Shown in pieces: positions 28,952 to 37,997 of a DNA stretch of 64,000 bases (its first letter is position 1; each line of letters starts with the position of its first letter). The notes below the pieces were generated by a model that saw only the letters and a program-made list of their open reading frames with translations, was not told the DNA's origin and searched no databases. Both the position numbers and the translations under genes were made by a program. The DNA comes from Oceanispirochaeta sp. (GTDB lineage: Bacteria; Spirochaetota; Spirochaetia; DSM-2461), in NCBI GenBank assembly GCA_963666275.2, contig CAXXOA010000002.1:928001-992000 (forward strand), given 5' to 3'.

Positions 28952-29428
28952 CTACTGTCTTCTATAAGTAATAAAAGAGTACTCCGGGGTACCTGTTTCT
29001 TCCGTCTTTTTCCACTGAGCCATATTCAGTTCCGGAAAAAAGGTATCCCCGTCTATGGTCTGATGCACCAGGGTCAGCTCAATGGTGTCGGCCAGGTCCA
29101 TGGCTGCTTCGTAGATGGTTCCTCCCCCGCAGATAAACACCTTCTCCTTTCCTGAACAGTATTCCAGGGCTTCCTCCAGAGAGGCGCAAACCTTGTCCCC
29201 CTCCTGAAGATCTCTGTTGCGGGATATGACTATATTCTCCCGGTGGGGGAGCGGTTTTTTCGGCAGGGAGTCGTAGGTTTTCCGTCCCATTATGATTGGA
29301 TATCCCTTTGTCAGGGATTTGAATCTCTGAAGGTCCTCTTTGATATGCCACGGCAGGGTATTGCTCACGCCGATCACCCGGTTTTCCGAGGCTGCCACAA
29401 TTATAATGATTTCAGGCTTTTTACTCAT
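28952..29428 (-). CDS. folA: Dihydrofolate reductase
   Basis: VIG...LPWH..EDL, IMGRKTYDSL, PLPHRENIV, GGG and GDTFFP motifs. Confidence 0.95.
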   Translation of the reverse strand: MSKKPEIIIIVAASENRVIGVSNTLPWHIKEDLQRFKSLTKGYPIIMGRKTYDSLPKKPLPHRENIVISRNRDLQEGDKVCASLEEALEYCSGKEKVFICGGGTIYEAAMDLADTIELTLVHQTIDGDTFFPELNMAQWKKTEETGTPEYSFITYRRQ

Positions 29429-29455
29429 TCATATTCCTTTTCTCTCCGGGTCCGA

Positions 29456-30325
29456 TCAGACCGCAATTTCAAACTTGATGGTGGGATGACTCTGATAGCC
29501 TATGATTTTTGAATCCGTATAGACCCAGTCGAAAATGGAACAGTCACCCTCTGTTTCGATCCGGGGGAGTTCATAGGGGTTCCGGGCGAGCTGGGTTTTT
29601 AAACCCTCTACATGGTTTTCGTAGACATGGGTATCCCCCAGAAATCCTACCAGTTTTCCCGGCCTGAATCCCGATTCTCTGGCCAGCAGATGCAGAAGGA
29701 GAGCGTAACTGGCTATGTTGAAGGGCAGTCCCAGAGCCACATCGACGGATCTCTGGTTCCACATAAGGCTTATTCTTCCGTCGATCACTGTTACCTGAAA
29801 GGCATAATGACAGGGAGGCAGAGCCATCCGCTCCAGATCCAGGGGGTTCCAGGCATTTACAAGCATCCTCCGGTCTGCCGGGTTGTTTTTAAGTTTTTCC
29901 ACTAGATTCTTCAGCTGATCCACTCCCTCTCTGGAACCGTCGGGAGTCTTTGTCGAGGGATAGTCCGAGCCGAAATGGCGCCACTGCCAGCCGTAAACGG
30001 GGCCGAGGTCCTTTTCATCCATCATCTTTTCTTTGGATGCCTCATCGTTTCCGTAGGGAACTTTTTCGGGGCTGCACCATTCATCCCAGATATGGTTGTT
30101 CCGCTCCTGGAGCCAGGCTTTGTCTGTGATCCCCTTTATGAAGAATTCAAGCTCTGAGGCCACCAGCCTGAAAGGAACCCGCTTTGTGGTCAGCAGAGGA
30201 AAGCCGGATTCCATATCGTGCTCAAAATAGGCCCCCGGTACTGTAAGGCAGCCGATTCCTGTCCTGTTCTCTTTCAGAGCCCCTTCATTCAGGACTTTCT
30301 GCACAATATCTGTATACGCTTTCAT
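29456..30325 (-). CDS. thyA: Thymidylate synthase
   Basis: GFPLLTTK, LGPVYGWQWR, MALPPCH and QRSVD..LGLPFN motifs. Confidence 0.96.
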   Translation of the reverse strand: MKAYTDIVQKVLNEGALKENRTGIGCLTVPGAYFEHDMESGFPLLTTKRVPFRLVASELEFFIKGITDKAWLQERNNHIWDEWCSPEKVPYGNDEASKEKMMDEKDLGPVYGWQWRHFGSDYPSTKTPDGSREGVDQLKNLVEKLKNNPADRRMLVNAWNPLDLERMALPPCHYAFQVTVIDGRISLMWNQRSVDVALGLPFNIASYALLLHLLARESGFRPGKLVGFLGDTHVYENHVEGLKTQLARNPYELPRIETEGDCSIFDWVYTDSKIIGYQSHPTIKFEIAV

Positions 30326-30427
30326 AAATCTCCGCCGGTTTCTGAGGTGCTGCTATGATAGCAGAAATCTCCCGGCAGGAAAATCCCGCATCAGCCCATT
30401 GCAGGCAGGATCCGGAGGGAATAAAAA

Positions 30428-32374
30428 AAGGGGCTGTTGCAAAAGTCTGAAAAGACTTTAGTAGCAGCCTTTTTCTTTTTTGAATGAATCGAACAAAGCA
30501 TTTAGACTGCAAAAAGGGGCCGCAAAGCGACCCCAGCGTGCTACAATTTGTTTAACCACAAACAAATAAAAAGGAGCACGTGGTGAATCTTACAGCATTT
30601 TCCCAACATAGACAATTATTTCTTGATTTAAACATCTCAATCCCCTTTGAAGTAACAGAACATGAAGCAGCACTTATGATTCTGTTGCAAAACCTAGATT
30701 ACAGCCAGTTTGAACAACCAAAGCAGAAATCAGGACGTCCACGAGCTGTCAATTCATACACAATGATGCTGATTCTTCTGTATGCCAGGATTCATGGCAG
30801 GTTTAGTTCGCGAGATGTAGAACGTTTATGCAAACGAGACCTTTTCCTTTTGCAAATCTTAGGTAATCAGAAAGTCCCAGACCATACGACGTTTGACCGT
30901 TTTGTTCATACCCATGAGAAAGCCATTGATGAACTATTTTTTCAGATAGTCGTTCGTCTGGATGCATTGGGAGAGCTTAAGAAAGATGTTGTCTATCAAG
31001 ATGGCACTAAAATAGAGTCAAAAGCTGGTCGATATAGTTTTGTCTGGAAGAAAGCGACTAAAAAGAATCTGGAGAAACTCCATAACCATATCCGGAATTT
31101 GATTACTGAAGTTAATGATATTTTCTCCTGGCACTTGGATCCAGGAGATTATCACACCTCATTGAAAATCCTCATAGAGAAGCTTGTTGCAACAGGAGAG
31201 CCTCTTTTCCCGAAGACAACAGGTCGAGGCCACCGAATCACGAGAGTTCAGAAATTCTATCGAGATGCTCTTGTTTTCCTGGAGAAACTGGAAAAGTACA
31301 ATGAATACCTGACTGCCATGAAGGGTAGGAACAGCATGAGTAAAACTGATCCTGATGCCACGTTTATGCGAATGAAAGAGGACTATATGAGGAACGGGCA
31401 GCTGAAACCAGCTTACAACCTTCAAGTACTAGTTGATAGCGGATATGTTGTCGGAGCTCACGCCAGTGACGATCGCACTGACTATGTAACCATGTGTCCT
31501 GCACTGGATCATATGCATGAACATCTGCCCTGGACATATTCAAAATACTGTGCGGACAGCGGATACGACTGTCAACAAAACTATGAGGCTCTGGAAAAAC
31601 AGAATATAGAGGCTTTCATCAAGCCCCAGTTACACGAGCAATCAAAGAAACGAAAATTCAAAAAGGATATCGGAAAGAAAGAAAACATGATTTATGATCC
31701 TTCAACCGATCATTTCATTTGTGCGAAGGGAAAGAAGCTAAAACTGAAATATGTTCGATCCAGGAAGAATCAATACGGTTATGAAACGACAACACATACA
31801 TATCGTTGTGAAAGAGGGTGTAAGAGCTGCTCTCTCCTTTCTTCCTGTATAAAACGAAGTAAGGCAGACTATAAACAGGTACAGATCAACCACAAGCTGT
31901 CATCTTATCAAAGAAGAGCTACTGCTTTGATATCCAGTCCGGAAGGTAAAGAAATCCGTGTTAATAGAAGTATTCAGGCAGAAGGAGTATTTGCTCAGAT
32001 CAAAGCCAACTGGTCATTCAGGAGATTTTTACGGGCAGGAAAAACAGGTATCTATACAGAATGGCTATTAGTTTGTCTGGCTATGAATGCTGTTCATTTG
32101 GGAAATAGATTATCCCGAGATGAAGTTGGTAATCCCTTCTATTATCAGATAAAGGATGAATCAGCATAGCTCTAAATCCATTTTTTAATAGATAATGTAT
32201 AGTCTCAGGTGCATCACATAGGATAAGTGTCAGTAAATTACTAAACAAAATGGGAAATTATCAGAATTTTTATTACCAGAACAGAAGTTGTGATCTAAAT
32301 AGTGATCAAAATAAAAAGAATTTGATTAATGAAAAAAAGAGGCTGTCGCATTTTTACTTTTGCAACAGCCCCTT
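30428..32374 (+). mobile_element. IS1182-family insertion sequence
   Basis: Perfect 19-bp terminal inverted repeats AAGGGGCTGTTGCAAAAGT (30428-30446) / ACTTTTGCAACAGCCCCTT (32356-32374) flank one transposase. The element is visibly more AT-rich than its flanks. The exact ends may be 2 bp shorter. Confidence 0.88.
30580..32169 (+). CDS. IS1182-family DDE transposase
   Basis: DUF772-like N-terminus (GRP...SSR...PDHTT), DGTKI, SKTDPDATFMRMKED...KPAYNLQ, ADSGY and EGVFAQIK motifs. Confidence 0.92.
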   Translation: MVNLTAFSQHRQLFLDLNISIPFEVTEHEAALMILLQNLDYSQFEQPKQKSGRPRAVNSYTMMLILLYARIHGRFSSRDVERLCKRDLFLLQILGNQKVPDHTTFDRFVHTHEKAIDELFFQIVVRLDALGELKKDVVYQDGTKIESKAGRYSFVWKKATKKNLEKLHNHIRNLITEVNDIFSWHLDPGDYHTSLKILIEKLVATGEPLFPKTTGRGHRITRVQKFYRDALVFLEKLEKYNEYLTAMKGRNSMSKTDPDATFMRMKEDYMRNGQLKPAYNLQVLVDSGYVVGAHASDDRTDYVTMCPALDHMHEHLPWTYSKYCADSGYDCQQNYEALEKQNIEAFIKPQLHEQSKKRKFKKDIGKKENMIYDPSTDHFICAKGKKLKLKYVRSRKNQYGYETTTHTYRCERGCKSCSLLSSCIKRSKADYKQVQINHKLSSYQRRATALISSPEGKEIRVNRSIQAEGVFAQIKANWSFRRFLRAGKTGIYTEWLLVCLAMNAVHLGNRLSRDEVGNPFYYQIKDESA

Positions 32375-32393
32375 CTGCCTTTAATTGCGGATC

Positions 32394-32852
32394 CTATTCA
32401 TAGAAAGAGTACTGGGCTCTCATGGCGGCGGCCGCCCTCATCAGGGATACCCAGCTGGCAATGCCTTTGCCGTAGTAGGCTGCAAAATCCACAGCCGCAT
32501 CTTCGGGTTCCACTTTCGGATCTTTTTCAAGCATGTAGTACCAGTGATTGGAAACAGCAAAAAGAAGCTGTCCTCTCGAATAGGCTGTAAAGGCTTTCTT
32601 CACTTCCCACCAGTCGATCACATTGGCCAGGGGGGTGTAGACTTTTCCCTTCCATGAGGCAAAGGCTTCCTCCCAGGTGCTGGGAGTTCCGCTTTTTTCA
32701 TCATTCAGGTATTTATGTACTTCCACGTGGTTTGTCAGTGCTTCCCACTGGGATTCTTCATTGAGTCCGAGATTTTCATCAGCCAGCTGCTGTTTTACAT
32801 AAGCAATCTTTTCAAGTCTTTCAACTTCCAGTCTTTTTTCTTCGTTTGTCAT
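32394..32852 (-). CDS. Hypothetical protein resembling a stand-alone DUF4032-type helical domain
   Basis: HxxxHKY...EEAFASW...VYxP...HWYY...AAVDF pattern; AGGAGGAG RBS. Confidence 0.6.
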   Translation of the reverse strand: MTNEEKRLEVERLEKIAYVKQQLADENLGLNEESQWEALTNHVEVHKYLNDEKSGTPSTWEEAFASWKGKVYTPLANVIDWWEVKKAFTAYSRGQLLFAVSNHWYYMLEKDPKVEPEDAAVDFAAYYGKGIASWVSLMRAAAAMRAQYSFYE

Positions 32853-33217
32853 AAATCTCCTCCTGTTTCGGAGTTTTGTTTTTTGAGTGCCAGGCACTGT
32901 TTAAAATCTTTATTAGTTAAACCTAATCCATCTTTTAAAAAAGATCAAGAAAAAACTTGACAAATATTAAAATCACCCCATTATGTTAAATTCTGGTTAA
33001 ATAGATTAAATGGTACTTAAGGTGTGGGTAATTTTTAAATATATAATGGGTAGATAATTAAGGTTTTTACGATGGGTTTTGGTCTGAGGGCGGGGCCGGA
33101 TTTTTAAAAAAAATATTTTTTTAAAATCATGGCAGCGGATCTGATACCTCTGATTGTGCAAGACTATTATTCATGATCTAATAGAAGCAGAAATCATGAT
33201 TATTCAGGAGATACGCT

Positions 33218-33532
33218 ATGTCCTCTTTTAGCAATGTCACGGTCGAAGTGGCCGCAAATATCTATTTTGACGGGAAAGTCACAAGCCGTAAGGTTCTCTT
33301 TCAGGACGGAACTTATAAAACTCTGGGAATTATGCTTCCCGGAGAGTATGAGTTTAATACTCAGAGTGAGGAACTCATGGAAATTACTAAGGGAGATCTT
33401 CTGGTCCTTATCAAGGGCGAAGAGGAATGGAAGGAAATTAAAGGGGGGGATTCTTTCAGGATTCCCGCCAACTCCTCTTTTCAGTTGAAGGTCAGCGGCG
33501 TGACCGATTACTGCTGTTCCTACTTCAACTGA
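33218..33532 (+). CDS. ppnP: Pyrimidine/purine nucleoside phosphorylase (DUF1255/YaiE cupin)
   Basis: ANIYFDGKVTSR...TLGIMLPGEYEFNT...YCCSY. Confidence 0.9.
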   Translation: MSSFSNVTVEVAANIYFDGKVTSRKVLFQDGTYKTLGIMLPGEYEFNTQSEELMEITKGDLLVLIKGEEEWKEIKGGDSFRIPANSSFQLKVSGVTDYCCSYFN

Positions 33533-33541
33533 GTCTGTCAG

Positions 33542-33570
33542 GGAGCAGGGGGGGGCTATTCCCTGCTCCG
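33542..33570. terminator. Hairpin between the convergent ppnP and RND operon
   Basis: GGAGCAGGG...CCCTGCTCC inverted repeat. Confidence 0.55.
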
Positions 33571-33575
33571 GCAGA

Positions 33576-33857
33576 TTAATCCGCATTGGAACTGAACAGC
33601 TTCAATCCTTCTCTGGGAAAGCGTTCTTTGATTTCCTCAACCGCATCTTTCAGAAGAGCGGCCTCTTCTTCCTCACAGTAGATAATGATCATAACATTCT
33701 CTTCCGGCCAGATATGATCCCCCATTTTAGGGTCAGAATTTCCTGCCCCCATGATACCGGGGATCCTTGTGAATTTTTTTCCGGCCCCTCTTCTGTTGAT
33801 CGCTTCAAAAAGATCCGCTTCAATTGACTGATTGGCTACGATTTCTATGCGTTTCAA
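33576..33857 (-). CDS. Small PII-like transporter-associated protein (PG0541-like)
   Basis: 93 aa with GxGNSDPKMGDHIWPEEN motif; overlaps the RND stop codon. Confidence 0.72.
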   Translation of the reverse strand: MKRIEIVANQSIEADLFEAINRRGAGKKFTRIPGIMGAGNSDPKMGDHIWPEENVMIIIYCEEEEAALLKDAVEEIKERFPREGLKLFSSNAD

Positions 33858-36800
33858 TTTAAGTCCTCTCTCGGCTGGCGGGGCTGAAGGAAATCTTCGG
33901 CATCACTGCACTCGGCTTTTCGGTTGGTTTCATGTTTTCTGTTGAAAAGGGAGTAGAGAACAGGAACCAGGAAGAGAGTCATGATCGTGCTGACTGTCAT
34001 TCCCCCTACTACGGTCTGTCCCAGGGGCTGAACCAGTTCAGATCCTTCCCCGGGAAAGAACGCCATGGGAGTCATTCCCAGAATCGTGGTCAGGCTGGTC
34101 ATCAGTACCGGCCTGAGTCTGTTCCCTCCTGCTTCTATACAGGCATCCCGTATGCATAATCCCCTCTCCCGCAGAAGGTTGGTATAGTCTACCAGAACGA
34201 TCCCGTTGTTCACGACAATTCCCGCCAGCATTACCAGGCCGACAGCCGAAAACATACTGATGGTTTCTCCTGTAATTTTATAGATGAATATGATCCCTAT
34301 AAACATGAGCGGGATGGTGAAGAAAATGATAAATGGGTCTCTCAGGGATTCGAACTGGCTGGCCATGACTCCGAATACAAGAACCACTGCAATGATCATT
34401 ACCACAATGAACTTGAACAGATAGGACTGGATTTCCGCATAGTCTCCACTGAAATCGATCACCACCGATTCGTCAGCTACGATATTTTCCGAAATAAGCT
34501 GGCGGACCTTGCTCTCCACCTCATTGGTGGCATAGCCCGGCTTGAGGCCTCCTGTGACGTGGACGACTCTCGTCTGATCCTCCCGGGAAATATCCACCGG
34601 GCCGGAGGATTTCCTCAGGCTGGCCACGCTGGACAGGGGAATCCGGATCCCGCTGCTGTTGATCATGAATATCTTCTGCAGATCCGGAATAGCGCTGCGG
34701 TCGGCTTTATCAAGGATCACCAGGATATCGTACTCATCGCCCCCCACGCGGTACCGGGAGGATGTCTTACCATCCACATTGGCGCTGATCTCGTTTCCAA
34801 TATCGTAGATGCTCAGTCCCAGGGAGTAGGCTTTGTCCCTGTCCACATCCACTTCCACCTGGGGAAGTCCCTCTACGAGGCTGACTTCAGGTTCTGTCAC
34901 TTCCGGGGCTTCCTGTTTCAGGAGTTCCCGTATTTTATCTGCCGTTTCCTTTGCCAGCACCAGGTCGTCCGTTTTAATCACAATATCAATAGGTGAGGCG
35001 CTTCCGCCCATGTTGTTGGCCGACCCGAAAGAGAAGGACGCCGAGGGGAAGCTGTTGAAATGGCTCCGCAGTTTCTCTTTGATCTCGTCATTGCTTTCCG
35101 AGCGCAGATCGTAATCTTTGAGAGTCAGGGTCAGAGTGCCTTTGCTGCTGTCCTCTCCCGATAGGAAATTTCCGCTGGAACCGGTGGCCACAATAAGCTC
35201 ATCCAGGCTCAGGATCTCCTCTTCAATGATCTGAGCCATCTGCATCATATACTCCTGGGTTATGTCCAGGCGGGTTCCTACAGGCATGGTAAGGGACACC
35301 ACGATGGAATCCTCTTCGCTGGTGGGCATGAAGTCGATGCCGATGCTGGGGAACATCAGAATGCTTATCGCAAAAATCATGATGGTAATTACAAGGGTCA
35401 GGCCTCTGTTTTCCAGGCAGTAGGCCAGCAGCTTTTTATAGCCGTTGTCCATTCCTGTAAAAAAACTTTCCATGGCGCTGTCTATTATTCTGAGCTGACG
35501 GAATCTGACAGGTCTCTGCTTTCTTGTATGAATCGCCAGGTATTTGCTTGCCAGGACCGGCACCAGGGTGATGGCGATCAGCAGAGAGGCCAGAAGGGCA
35601 ATCACTATGGTGAAGGCCAGATCCTGAAAAAGGACGCCGATCATCTCCAGTTCTTTTTTAAACATAATCACAGGTAGAAAGACACAGACCGTTGTCAGGG
35701 TGGATGCCATGATGGCCATGAACATCTCCTGGGTTCCCAGAATGGCCGAAGGCTTCAGTTTGGCCCCTTTCTCCCTGTAGCGGAAAATATTTTCCAGGAT
35801 CACAATAGAGGAGTCTACAATCATTCCCACCCCCAGTGTGAGTCCTGCCAGGGTCATCAGATTCAGGGTCATTCCGGAGAAATACATAAGCATGATGGTG
35901 ATCAGCAGGGAAATGGGAATGGATAAACCGATTATCAGAGTACTCTTCAGGCTCCTGAGAAAGATAAAAAGGATGATCATGGCCAGGATGGCTCCTGTAA
36001 GCGCCGATGAAGTCACCTGGTTCAGAGAACCCCTGATTATATCTGTCGTGTTGTTGATCACTGTGACTGACATATCCTGGGGAAGGCTGCTGTTTATCTT
36101 CTCAAGGCTCTCCAGTACCATATCCGCCGTTTCTATGGAGTTCACTCCGCTCTGTTTCTGTATGGATATGTACACTCCCGGTTCCCCGTTGATGAACACT
36201 GTGGATGAGGCGTCTCTGAAGCCTTCCTGAACCGTCGCTATATCCCGGAGGCGGATCGTTTTGCTGACGCCTCCGCTCATTTTGTAGGTGACAACCGCAT
36301 TGGAGATCTCTTCCAGGCTGCGGTATTCTCCGGCGGTCCGGATCAGGTACTTTTTCGTTCCCTCCTCGACGTTTCCCGCTCCGATCTGAAGATTCTGTAC
36401 CGAAAGCATCTGAGACACCTGGGTGAGACTCAAGCCGTAGGCTTCCAGCCTGTTCTGGGAGATCTCCACCCGGACAACTTTCTCCCTTCCCCCGTTGATG
36501 TAGGTCATGGCGACTCCGGGAACCTGCTCCAGATAGGGCTGTATCTGGTCCTCCGCGATCTCTCTGAGCTCTTCGGGGGTTCTGTTCCCGTTGACCACCA
36601 GATCGATGATGGGAATCATGGCAGGGTCGAATTTAAAAATCTGGGTGGCTCCTGCTTCATCGGGAAGGGCGTCTTTTATGAACTCCAGTTTGTCCCTGAC
36701 TTCGTTGGACGCTTCGGTCAGGTCCGTGTCCCATCCGAATTCCAGGAGTATAAAACTGATCCCCTCGGAAGAGGTGGAGGAAATTTCTTTCACGTCCGAA

Positions 36801-37021
36801 ACATTGGTCATCATCCCCTCCAGGGGGCGGGTAACCGTCTGTTCTATCTCTTCGGGTCCGGCGCCGTTATAGCTTGTATAGACCACAAGGATAGGCGGAT
36901 TGATCTCAGGATAGAGATCTATGGGAATCTGCGGGACAATATAGAGACCCAGTCCCACCAGGATGGAAAAGAGGATCAGTATGGTTGTGGGTTTATTGAC
37001 TATGGTTTTGGAAATGCTCAT
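33854..37021 (-). CDS. RND efflux transporter permease subunit (AcrB/AcrD/AcrF family)
   Basis: 1055 aa; GMIVDSSIVILENI, GIVVNNGIVLVD and RLRPVLMTSLTT motifs. Confidence 0.95.
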   Translation of the reverse strand: MSISKTIVNKPTTILILFSILVGLGLYIVPQIPIDLYPEINPPILVVYTSYNGAGPEEIEQTVTRPLEGMMTNVSDVKEISSTSSEGISFILLEFGWDTDLTEASNEVRDKLEFIKDALPDEAGATQIFKFDPAMIPIIDLVVNGNRTPEELREIAEDQIQPYLEQVPGVAMTYINGGREKVVRVEISQNRLEAYGLSLTQVSQMLSVQNLQIGAGNVEEGTKKYLIRTAGEYRSLEEISNAVVTYKMSGGVSKTIRLRDIATVQEGFRDASSTVFINGEPGVYISIQKQSGVNSIETADMVLESLEKINSSLPQDMSVTVINNTTDIIRGSLNQVTSSALTGAILAMIILFIFLRSLKSTLIIGLSIPISLLITIMLMYFSGMTLNLMTLAGLTLGVGMIVDSSIVILENIFRYREKGAKLKPSAILGTQEMFMAIMASTLTTVCVFLPVIMFKKELEMIGVLFQDLAFTIVIALLASLLIAITLVPVLASKYLAIHTRKQRPVRFRQLRIIDSAMESFFTGMDNGYKKLLAYCLENRGLTLVITIMIFAISILMFPSIGIDFMPTSEEDSIVVSLTMPVGTRLDITQEYMMQMAQIIEEEILSLDELIVATGSSGNFLSGEDSSKGTLTLTLKDYDLRSESNDEIKEKLRSHFNSFPSASFSFGSANNMGGSASPIDIVIKTDDLVLAKETADKIRELLKQEAPEVTEPEVSLVEGLPQVEVDVDRDKAYSLGLSIYDIGNEISANVDGKTSSRYRVGGDEYDILVILDKADRSAIPDLQKIFMINSSGIRIPLSSVASLRKSSGPVDISREDQTRVVHVTGGLKPGYATNEVESKVRQLISENIVADESVVIDFSGDYAEIQSYLFKFIVVMIIAVVLVFGVMASQFESLRDPFIIFFTIPLMFIGIIFIYKITGETISMFSAVGLVMLAGIVVNNGIVLVDYTNLLRERGLCIRDACIEAGGNRLRPVLMTSLTTILGMTPMAFFPGEGSELVQPLGQTVVGGMTVSTIMTLFLVPVLYSLFNRKHETNRKAECSDAEDFLQPRQPREDLN

Positions 37022-37031
37022 AAAACCTGTC

Positions 37032-37997
37032 CTAACGGAGGGGCTGAACCGACCGGATCACTTTGACCCGGGCCTGGTCATCCAGCAGTGTCTGTCCCTG
37101 GTATACCATGGATTCTCCCTGCTTCAGTCCCTCCACAATCTCGGATATCCCGTCTATGCTGATCCCTTCTCTGATCAGTCGTTTGGATACGGAATCTTCA
37201 GTGTCCAGAACAAAAACGAATTTCTCTCCGAACCGGTCCAGGATGCAGTCCGAGGGAATCTTGACGATCTCCTCTTTGACCTGTGTGATCAGGCTGATTT
37301 CTGCATACATGCCCGCCTTGATCCGGGGATCCCGGGTTGCCAGGTCCATGGTTATCTCCAGGGTCCGGGAAACAGGGTCCACAATGGGGCTGATCTCTGT
37401 GACCACCGCCTTGAAGATCTCCCCGGGATAGGCTTCCAGGGTGATTCCCGCTTCCATTCCCATGGAAAGGCGGGAGATAAAACGCTCGGGGATGAATGTC
37501 CTTACCTGGAGCTGGCTGAGCTCTCCGATCTCTGCAACGGGGAGCTGGGGGCTCACAGTTGAGCCTATATCAATGGGGAGGGAGGTAATGGTTCCGCTGA
37601 TCGCCGCTTTTACAGGGTTGGCCGAATAGGTCATCCCGGGGCGCGAAGGATCCACTTCCGCTATGATCTGGTTTTTCCTGACATAGTCGCCCAGGCCTGC
37701 AAAGAGTCTGGTGAGTTTTCCCGATGTGTCGGGATAGACCGAGACGGAACTGGCAGCAACAATGTCTCCGTTCACATCCAGATGATCCCGGATCTGTCCG
37801 GAGACCGCCTGGGTTGTAGTCACAGCAAAGACTGTTTCCCCCTCTTCCTGCTCTATGCCGCCCCGTTTGCGGGGGCCTTCTTTTCCGCTGCTCACCATTG
37901 TAAAAACAAGGTATCCCGCGGCTGCGATCAGAGCGAGCAGAATGATCAGGAATACCTTCCGGCCGGGGTGTTTCTTCTTTGTTTCTTCAGAGGTCAT
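37032..37997 (-). CDS. RND periplasmic adaptor (MFP) subunit
   Basis: N-terminal TM anchor, lipoyl-like halves with a very short hairpin, and PIVDPVSRT...AGMYA motifs. Confidence 0.92.
   Translation of the reverse strand: MTSEETKKKHPGRKVFLIILLALIAAAGYLVFTMVSSGKEGPRKRGGIEQEEGETVFAVTTTQAVSGQIRDHLDVNGDIVAASSVSVYPDTSGKLTRLFAGLGDYVRKNQIIAEVDPSRPGMTYSANPVKAAISGTITSLPIDIGSTVSPQLPVAEIGELSQLQVRTFIPERFISRLSMGMEAGITLEAYPGEIFKAVVTEISPIVDPVSRTLEITMDLATRDPRIKAGMYAEISLITQVKEEIVKIPSDCILDRFGEKFVFVLDTEDSVSKRLIREGISIDGISEIVEGLKQGESMVYQGQTLLDDQARVKVIRSVQPLR

Noticed and set aside
30326..30427. THF riboswitch upstream of thyA-folA
   Set aside because: No match to the THF aptamer pattern as I recall it; an extended -10 (TGcTATCAT) lies close to the start, leaving only a short leader.
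32170..32355. Guide/bridge-type ncRNA in the IS 3' non-coding region
   Set aside because: The transposase is IS1182-type DDE, not IS110 or IS200/605; there is no TnpB/IscB and no convincing structure apart from the terminal hairpin.
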